Part shown: in pieces, positions 9,317-15,014 of the stretch
How the letters are laid out: every line of letters begins with the position of its first letter
Position numbering within the stretch: position 1 is the first letter of the stretch
From: an uncultured bacterium
Lineage (GTDB): Bacteria > Hydrogenedentota > Hydrogenedentia > Hydrogenedentales > JAEUWI01
DNA: 15,014 nt
Direction: 5' to 3'
Assembly: GCA_963977445.1 (NCBI GenBank)
Contig: CAXBPH010000171.1
Location: 1 to 15,014, forward strand
Position numbers and translations under genes: made by a program
Notes under the pieces: model-generated
Databases searched by the model: none
What the model was told of the DNA's origin: nothing
Seen by the model: only the letters and a program-made list of their open reading frames with translations

Positions 9317-12300
9317 TTACCCCACGGCCACCAGCAACCGCAGTTCACTGCCCTCAATCGTCACCACTTTCGCATCACCCTCGGCTGCACCGCTCTCCAG
9401 CGAATTCGCCAGGACTTCCTGAGCGATATAGTCGCGGAAGCCCTCGATGGCCGCGTTCAGCGACGTGTCGTCGGTGGCGTAGGTCACGGCGATGCGTGCG
9501 TCGTAGGCGAGGTTCTGGTCTTTGCGGATGTCCTGCAGGGCGCGGATTACTTCGCGGACCAGGCCCTCTTTGCGGAGCTCGTCGGTGATGATGGTAGAAA
9601 TGACCACCACCAACTGATTGCCCTGGGCGGCGGCGAAGCCTTCTTTCGGCGTAAGGCGTACTTCGACCTCCTCCGCCGTAAGGGCTTCCTGTTTGCCGTC
9701 GACTTCGATGCTGATACCGCCGGTGAGCAGTTGGGCCTGGAGGGCGGCACCATCGGCACCGGCCAAGGCCTTGCGGACCTGCTGGACGTTTTTCCCGAAG
9801 CGGGGTCCGAGGACTTTGAAGTTCGGGCGGACTTCGTAGGAAACGTATTCTTCGGGACTGTCCGTAAAGGATACTTCCTTGATGTTCAGTTCTTCCTGGA
9901 TGAGGTCGAGGTGCTTTTCCAGGGCTGCACGCTGGTCGGGGTTGGCCACGACGAGTTCACAACTGCCGAGGGGCTGGCGGACCTTGATGTTTTCCACGCG
10001 GCGGGCATTGAGCCCCAGCGTTACCGCTTCGCGGGTCAGGGCCATCTGGTCGAGCAAGGCGTGGTCGATGGATGCGGCGTCGGCGTTGGGGTAGGTCGCG
10101 AGGTGGACACTGTCCGCCGCACCGGCCACGGGCTTCGCCAGGTTACGCCACGTCACTTCCGCGAAGAAGGGCGTGAAGGGCGCGGCCAGACGGGCCAGCT
10201 TGATGAGGCACTCATAGAGCGTCCAATAGGCATCGGCCTTGTCTTCGCTCCAGCCACTCGCCCAGAAACGGGCGCGACTGCGGCGTACGTACCAGTTGGA
10301 GAGGCTGTCCACAAAGCCCGAAACTTCGCGGGCGGCCGGATAGGTTTCGTAGTTGTCCAGGGCCGTGCAGGCATCGACGATGACGCGGTCGAGTTCGTTG
10401 AGGATCCACTGGTCCAACTCGGCCCGTTCGGCGGCGGGACGATAGACGGCGTCGCCACCCGTGCCACCGGCAGGTGCCAGTGCGGGGTCGGCGTAGAGTT
10501 CCTTCAACACAGCCTGGGGCGCACTCGACGGGTCGAAGCCATCGAGGTTCGCATAGATGACAAAGAAACTGTAGACGTTGTACCAACGCATGAGCAGTTC
10601 GCGCTGCGCCTCTTCCACGATGCGCTCCGAAAGGCGGCTGCTGTTCGTGGGCGGGTTCTTGGCGATGAAGCTCCAGCGGAGGGCGTCGGCGCTGAACTTT
10701 TCAAAAAGCAGTCCGGGCTCGCTGTAATTCTTCAGGCGCTTGGACAGCTTCAGGCCGTCTTCCCCGAGGATGTGGCCGAGGCAGATACAATTCTTGAAGG
10801 GGTGGGGCCAACCGCCTTTTTCTTTCCCATGGACCACGGTGCTGATGGCCAGCAGGGCGTAGAACCAACCACGGGTCTGGTCGATGGCTTCACTGATAAA
10901 GTCCGCCGGAAAGCGGTCGTTAAATTTTTTGTCGGATCCTTCGAGGTGGGGATAACCCCACTGGGCAAAGGGCATGCAGCCCGCGTCAAACCACACGTCG
11001 ATGACTTCCGTCACCCGGCGCATGCGGCCTTCGGGGTCCTTGGGGCTCTGGAAGGTCACCGCATCGATGTAGGGCTTGTGCACCTTGAGGTGTTCGCTCA
11101 ACTCTGGCGTTTCGGCTTTCGCTTTCAGCCAGACGTCCGTGCCTTCGATGCCGGGCTTGGCCAGCAACTCATCATAGGAGCAGATGCATTCCATGTGGCC
11201 TGTCTTGTCGCAGATCCACACAGGCAGGGGCGTTCCCCAATAGCGCTCGCGGGACAGGGCCCAGTCCACGTTGTTTTCCAGGAAGTTGCCGAAACGGCCA
11301 TCCCGGATATGCTGGGGCTGCCAGCTGATTTCTTTATTGTTCGCGACGAAATCATCTTTGAACTGGGAGGTCTTGATGAACCAGCTTTTCCGGGCATACT
11401 GGATGAGGGGGTCATTCTCCGCACGGGGACAGAAGGGATAGGAGTGTTTGTATTGCTCGTGCTTGAAGAGATTGCCCCGCTCTTTTAAGACACGCAGAAT
11501 ACCCTTATCGGCGCTTTTGCAGAACTGACCGGCGATGGGGCTCTGGTCATAGGGGTCCACATCGATAACGCGCTCGTCGAAGGTGCCGTCGGGCTTCACA
11601 TAACACAGGAAGCCGATGCCGCTTTCCTTGCAGACACGGTAATCGTCTTCACCAAAGGCCGGGGCCATGTGGACGATGCCGGTACCGGTTTCGAGGTCAA
11701 CAAAATCACCGGCGATGACCATCCAGTGCTTTTCCGATTCTACATCCGGGTTTTCCATGGAGGTGGGCATGCCGTAATTGAAGAGGGGTTCATAGCCCAC
11801 GCCAAGGAGATCGCTACCCTTGATGGTCTGGACAATTTCTGCCTCTTCACCAAAATATTTCGCTACCAGCGCCTGGGCGAGGATGAGCATCTCGTGGCCG
11901 GCTTCGGTCACGTGTTTCACTACGGCGTAATCCGTCTCGGGTCCCACGCACGCGGCGCAATTGCTCGACAAGGTCCAGGGTGTCGTCGTCCAGATGAGGA
12001 GACCGGCGTCTTCCCCTTCCAGATTGAGGGCCTGCTTGCCCGCGTCGGTGAGGGAAAGTTTTACCGTTACGGCCGGGTCATCGGTGTCGCGATAGCCTTC
12101 GCCCACTTCACCCGCCGAAAGGGCCGTGCCGCCCTGGGCCCACCACCACACAACCTTGTGGCCCTGATAGAGGAGGCCGCGGTCAAAGAGTTGTTTCAAG
12201 GCCCACCACACGCTTTCCACATAGCTCTGGTGGAAGGTCACATAGGCCTCGTCCAGGTCTACCCAGAATCCGATCCGGTCCGTGAGTTGTTCCCATTCCT

Positions 12301-12703
12301 TCTTATAGCGGAAGACCGACTCGATGCAGGTGCGGTTGAACTTTTCCACGCCGAATTTCTCGATGGCTTCTTTACCACCATCGATGATGCCCAGTTCCTT
12401 GCAGACCTCAATTTCGACGGGAAGGCCATGGGTGTCCCAGCCGGCCTTGCGCTCGCAATAGCTGCCCGACATGGTCTTGTAGCGGGGGAAAATATCTTTG
12501 ATGGTCCGCGTCAGGCAGTGGCCCGGGTGGGGCATGCCGTTGGCCGTGGGGGGGCCTTCAAAAAAGACAAAGCGGGGCGCATCCTTCCGCTGTTCCAGAC
12601 TCTTCTTATAGGTCTGGTGTTCCTTCCAGAAGGCAATGGTCTCATTTTCCGCCGCAGCAAAATTAAAGGGGGACGGGACCGGTTCAAAGGCATCGTTGGA
12701 CAT
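9317..12703 (-). CDS. ileS: Isoleucine--tRNA ligase, type 2 (IleRS2), 1128 aa
   Basis: FEGPPTANGMPHPGH (HIGH motif), GWDTHGLPVE, editing domain WTTTPWTL and GTGIVHMAPAFGEDD, DWALSRERYWGTPLP, EAIDQTRGWFY, KLSKR (KMSKS motif), LSNWYVRRSR. Long type-2 C-terminus (EGLVREVIRALQDIRK) with no C-terminal Zn finger. Confidence 0.97.
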   Translation of the reverse strand: MSNDAFEPVPSPFNFAAAENETIAFWKEHQTYKKSLEQRKDAPRFVFFEGPPTANGMPHPGHCLTRTIKDIFPRYKTMSGSYCERKAGWDTHGLPVEIEVCKELGIIDGGKEAIEKFGVEKFNRTCIESVFRYKKEWEQLTDRIGFWVDLDEAYVTFHQSYVESVWWALKQLFDRGLLYQGHKVVWWWAQGGTALSAGEVGEGYRDTDDPAVTVKLSLTDAGKQALNLEGEDAGLLIWTTTPWTLSSNCAACVGPETDYAVVKHVTEAGHEMLILAQALVAKYFGEEAEIVQTIKGSDLLGVGYEPLFNYGMPTSMENPDVESEKHWMVIAGDFVDLETGTGIVHMAPAFGEDDYRVCKESGIGFLCYVKPDGTFDERVIDVDPYDQSPIAGQFCKSADKGILRVLKERGNLFKHEQYKHSYPFCPRAENDPLIQYARKSWFIKTSQFKDDFVANNKEISWQPQHIRDGRFGNFLENNVDWALSRERYWGTPLPVWICDKTGHMECICSYDELLAKPGIEGTDVWLKAKAETPELSEHLKVHKPYIDAVTFQSPKDPEGRMRRVTEVIDVWFDAGCMPFAQWGYPHLEGSDKKFNDRFPADFISEAIDQTRGWFYALLAISTVVHGKEKGGWPHPFKNCICLGHILGEDGLKLSKRLKNYSEPGLLFEKFSADALRWSFIAKNPPTNSSRLSERIVEEAQRELLMRWYNVYSFFVIYANLDGFDPSSAPQAVLKELYADPALAPAGGTGGDAVYRPAAERAELDQWILNELDRVIVDACTALDNYETYPAAREVSGFVDSLSNWYVRRSRARFWASGWSEDKADAYWTLYECLIKLARLAAPFTPFFAEVTWRNLAKPVAGAADSVHLATYPNADAASIDHALLDQMALTREAVTLGLNARRVENIKVRQPLGSCELVVANPDQRAALEKHLDLIQEELNIKEVSFTDSPEEYVSYEVRPNFKVLGPRFGKNVQQVRKALAGADGAALQAQLLTGGISIEVDGKQEALTAEEVEVRLTPKEGFAAAQGNQLVVVISTIITDELRKEGLVREVIRALQDIRKDQNLAYDARIAVTYATDDTSLNAAIEGFRDYIAQEVLANSLESGAAEGDAKVVTIEGSELRLLVAVG

Positions 12704-13110
12704 GGATAGGGCTTCCTTCGCTTCGGGCGACGGTTTTCATGTTAATACAGGGTGTATGCCCATGTTGGGGCATGTCGGCAGGCCATGGCTACGGTCAAGG
12801 ACCGAAAAAACACAAAAAATGGCCTGCCAAGCCCAATATGATCGCCTTTTGACCCCGGATCATGCAACTTTTGGACAAAATAAGAGAAAATTGATATGGG
12901 CAACGACTCTACACTCCACGACTCCCTGGGAGTGGGGGGGAACGGGTATTCGGAGAGTACCTGTTTGGGCCTTGCATAGTCTCGTTTTGAGGCCGTGTGT
13001 CGAAGGACGGCACTGTCGTGTCCATGAGATAACGCAAGTTTTTGGGTTGCATAGTAGATGTAATATTGCTAAGTCCTTATAAAATAGAATGTTATGACGA
13101 GGTGTGATTC

Positions 13111-13127
13111 TTGGCACGGCGCTGGCT
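13111..13127 (+). promoter_or_regulatory. sigma-54 (RpoN) -24/-12 promoter
   Basis: TTGGCACGGCGCTGGCT versus consensus YTGGCACGRNNNTTGCW: one mismatch, exact GG-N10-GC spacing. An AT-rich tract lies just upstream (~13056-13096), and the small ORF starts 117 nt downstream. Confidence 0.75.
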
Positions 13128-13243
13128 TTACATTCCCATACGCTACGAGGCGTACGAACAATTGAACGTGAACGTTGATGACCGCCATCTATGGCTCCGT
13201 AAACCATCAGCGATTTGCAGGGAAAAACCAGGAGGAATTTACT

Positions 13244-13390
13244 ATGAACACTATCGAAATCAACGACCTCAAGAATGAAGTGACTGCAGAAGAAGCTACC
13301 ACGGTCGTGGGCGGCTACAGGTACAAGCTCAAAGACGTCATTGTTACCAGCTATAGCGTCAACGGCTCATCTGGTGCCACCCGTGGCTAA
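13244..13390 (+). CDS. 48-aa peptide: double-glycine-type leader (24 aa) + 24-aa beta-strand core with Hcp-like sequence
   Basis: AGGAGG RBS at 13230-13235 and ATG at 13244. MNTIEINDLKNEVTAEEATTVVGG|YRYKLKDVIVTSYSVNGSSGATRG. Flanked by a sigma-54 promoter and a terminator. Confidence 0.78.
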   Translation: MNTIEINDLKNEVTAEEATTVVGGYRYKLKDVIVTSYSVNGSSGATRG

Positions 13391-13435
13391 AAACTGAGTC
13401 CGAACCACGGTTCAGGACTGGAACGGGGTAAGGAC

Positions 13436-13484
13436 AAAAAAACGGCTGGTGCCCTGCACTTCGTGCACGCACCGCCGTTTTTTT
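13436..13484 (+). terminator. Intrinsic (likely bidirectional) terminator after the peptide gene
   Basis: A7-CGGC-T-GGTGC-CC-TGCAC-TTC-GTGCA-C-GCACC-GCCG-T7. A smaller hairpin AGTCC-GAACC-AC-GGTTC-A-GGACT lies at 13397-13419. Confidence 0.85.
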
Positions 13485-13515
13485 ATTTGGGTGAGACCCG
13501 TCCCAAGACCCCGGA

Positions 13516-13760
13516 ACCATGGTCGTGTCGTGCGAACCGGTACTCCGGTTGAAGATATGCCGCAGGAGGATTCGTGCGAAGGGACTGTGGGGAGTCAATG
13601 GTGTCGGTGAGATATCAAATTGCCCGGAAAGGGAATTCATTGGGAAACATATCGATACTCACCCTTTTGCAGACGAAAGCATAAACCATGGACGTGCCGC
13701 GCGATCCGGTAGCTCCGCATCGTGCGAGGGAACTGAGGGGAGTCTTTGGAGTCGGTGATG
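13516..13760. repeat. REP-containing ~147-bp tandem unit upstream of RAYT (copies start at 13516 and 13685)
   Basis: Both copies read ACCATGG-REP-GGGA(A)CTGWGGGGAGTC..TGGWGTCGGTGA. Spacing is 169 = 147 + a 22-nt insert in copy 1. REP core 13693-13726 is an imperfect palindrome. Confidence 0.85.
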
Positions 13761-13845
13761 TTGTAAAAAGAACTCCACGAGGAATTTGAGAATAGCGCAC
13801 CAGGCTCGCTTGTGGTCTTCGTGGAGGGATTCGGTTTATCTTTCC

Positions 13846-14049
13846 TACCCACGCACGATGCGGAGCTACCGGATCGCGGTGCACGCCTGGAGGGTTTCGT
13901 TTTTGTTGGTGGGTTGATTCACTGTTGGTACCCACGCACGATGCGGAGCTACCGGATCGCGCGGCACGATTGGAGGGTCTCGTTTTTGTTGGTGGGTCGA
14001 TTTTCTGTTGGTACTCACGCACGAACTCACCTTCGGCGAGTCTTCGACC
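13846..14049. repeat. 83-bp tandem unit carrying the same REP in inverted orientation (starts 13846, 13929, 14012)
   Basis: 13935-13968 is the exact reverse complement of 13693-13726, and 13852-13885 has 2 mismatches. The third unit diverges after CGCACGA into the 22-nt module. Confidence 0.9.
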
Positions 14050-14125
14050 CTGGAGAGCGCCCGTCTCGCTCGGTGGGGTTAGTTGCTCGGTAGTAGACAT
14101 AGGTCATCTGGCCAACGTTTGCCCC

Positions 14126-14154
14126 TTGACCGAAAATAAGATTCTCGGTAGGCT
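14126..14154 (+). promoter_or_regulatory. Candidate sigma-70 promoter for RAYT
   Basis: TTGACC, 17-nt spacer, TAGGCT. AGGAGG at 14178-14183 lies 12 nt before ATG 14196. Confidence 0.5.
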
Positions 14155-14195
14155 ATATCCATCAAGGGCCAAGATGCAGGAGGCAACGACTCGAT

Positions 14196-14756
14196 ATGGA
14201 AAACCACGATATTCCTCGTCGAATCGTTCAGTTACAGAATACGCCGGGGGAGGCGCACTATCTGACGTTCTCCTGTTTTCAGAAACGCCGCTTCTTAATT
14301 CGAGACCGAACCCGCCAGTATGTGGTGGGCGCCTTAGATCGCGCGCGGGCCAAACACAAGTTCGACCTCTGGGCCTACGTCATCATGCCTACCCACATAC
14401 ACGTACTCTTGTTCCCCAGAGAGGACGTATATGATATGGGCAAGATCGAAACGACAATCAAGCTGTCGGTTACGCGTCGTGCGATGAATTACCTCCGTCG
14501 TTACAATCCGGAAGGGCTTCGATACCTGGCCACCGGGCAACGGGATACGCCCTATCGTTTTTGGCAACAAGGGGAGGGATACGACGAGAATTTGAGTACA
14601 CTCGAGGCCGCCCACGCTATCGCGGAGTACATTCACAATAATCCCGTCCGTGCGGGCTTGGTTGCCAATCAGGAAGATTGGAAATGGTCCAGTGCCCGTG
14701 AATGGTTGATTGAGGGAAGTGGGCCATTGTCCTTGGATAAGAATTCTTTTTTGTAG
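14196..14756 (+). CDS. rayT: REP-associated tyrosine transposase (RAYT / TnpA-REP, IS200-like Y1 HUH family), 186 aa
   Basis: HYLTFSC, AYVIMPTHIHVLL (HUH motif), FWQQGEGYD, YIHNNPVRAGLV (catalytic Tyr) and WKWSS. Flanked on both sides by REP arrays; no tnpB. Confidence 0.92.
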   Translation: MENHDIPRRIVQLQNTPGEAHYLTFSCFQKRRFLIRDRTRQYVVGALDRARAKHKFDLWAYVIMPTHIHVLLFPREDVYDMGKIETTIKLSVTRRAMNYLRRYNPEGLRYLATGQRDTPYRFWQQGEGYDENLSTLEAAHAIAEYIHNNPVRAGLVANQEDWKWSSAREWLIEGSGPLSLDKNSFL

Positions 14757-14788
14757 GCTCATCTCTTTGTTTCGAGAAGCCTTGGCCC

Positions 14789-15014
14789 TCAATGGGGTCG
14801 ATAAGATATCAAACTGCTCCAAGAGATTATATTTTTGGAATGATGTCTCCACTCACGATTTTTGCAAAACGAAACCGTACACCATGGTCGTGCCGCGCGA
14901 TCCGGTACTCCGGTTCGTGCGAAGGGACTGAGGGGAGTCATTGGTGTCGGTGAGGTGGCAATTCCCCCGGAGGAGTCATTTTCTGGAAACATGTAGCTAT
15001 TCAAACGTTTACAG
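14789..15014. repeat. ~147-bp REP-containing tandem unit downstream of RAYT (partial 14789-14880, then 14881 to window end)
   Basis: 14789-14880 aligns with 13595-13684. 14881 onward (ACCATGGTCGTGCCGCGCGATCCGGTACTCCGGTTCGTGCGAAGGGACTGAGGGGAGTC...) aligns with 13516 onward minus the 22-nt insert, up to the last base of the window. Confidence 0.88.

Noticed and set aside
9731..11488. Long antisense ORFs (585 aa here; also 4168-5334, 6310-7443, 11669-12709)
   Set aside because: They are shadow frames opposite well-supported genes in GC-rich DNA, with no recognisable motifs.
12704..12960. T-box riboswitch upstream of ileS
   Set aside because: No GGTGGNACC T-box motif or terminator/antiterminator is visible on the minus strand.
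13175..13243. Longer 71-aa version of the peptide ORF
   Set aside because: The upstream start is a TTG with no RBS, whereas AGGAGG sits 8 nt before ATG 13244.
13846..14049. CRISPR-like 34-nt repeat with ~49-nt spacers
   Set aside because: The spacers are copies of each other, and the repeat is the inverted REP found around rayT.
13615..14100. 161-aa ORF and overlapping ORFs with repeated RAARSGSSASC / THDAELPDR
   Set aside because: These are translations of the REP arrays. The 83-bp period is not a multiple of 3 and no RBS is evident.
14196..14756. Autonomous IS200/IS605 element
   Set aside because: There is no tnpB, and the motifs (FWQxxxYD, YIHxNPVRAGLV, WxWSS) and multi-copy flanking REPs fit RAYT better.

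Overview
GC-rich bacterial window with seven larger genes: a HEAT-repeat/YbjN-like protein, a DUF1080 3-ketoglycoside-processing protein, a secreted DUF5107-TPR protein, a YyaL/SSP411 thioredoxin-domain protein, a membrane-anchored TPR-like hypothetical, a type 2 isoleucyl-tRNA synthetase (ileS) and a REP-associated tyrosine transposase (RAYT). The gene content looks Planctomycetota/Hydrogenedentota-like, but this is an impression only. Most intergenic gaps hold a palindromic or short-period repeat, from at least four unrelated families. Three things stand out. (1) A stand-alone 48-aa gene (13244-13390) has a near-consensus sigma-54 promoter, strong RBS and its own terminator, and encodes a double-glycine-type leader fused to a 24-aa core resembling a beta-strand of the T6SS tube protein Hcp. 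(2) The RAYT-associated REPs occur with zero, one or two copies of a conserved 22-nt internal module. (3) The 322-aa gene is bracketed by a 146-bp duplicated REP+terminator block, like an inserted cassette. Family assignments come from motif recognition by eye; no searches were run.
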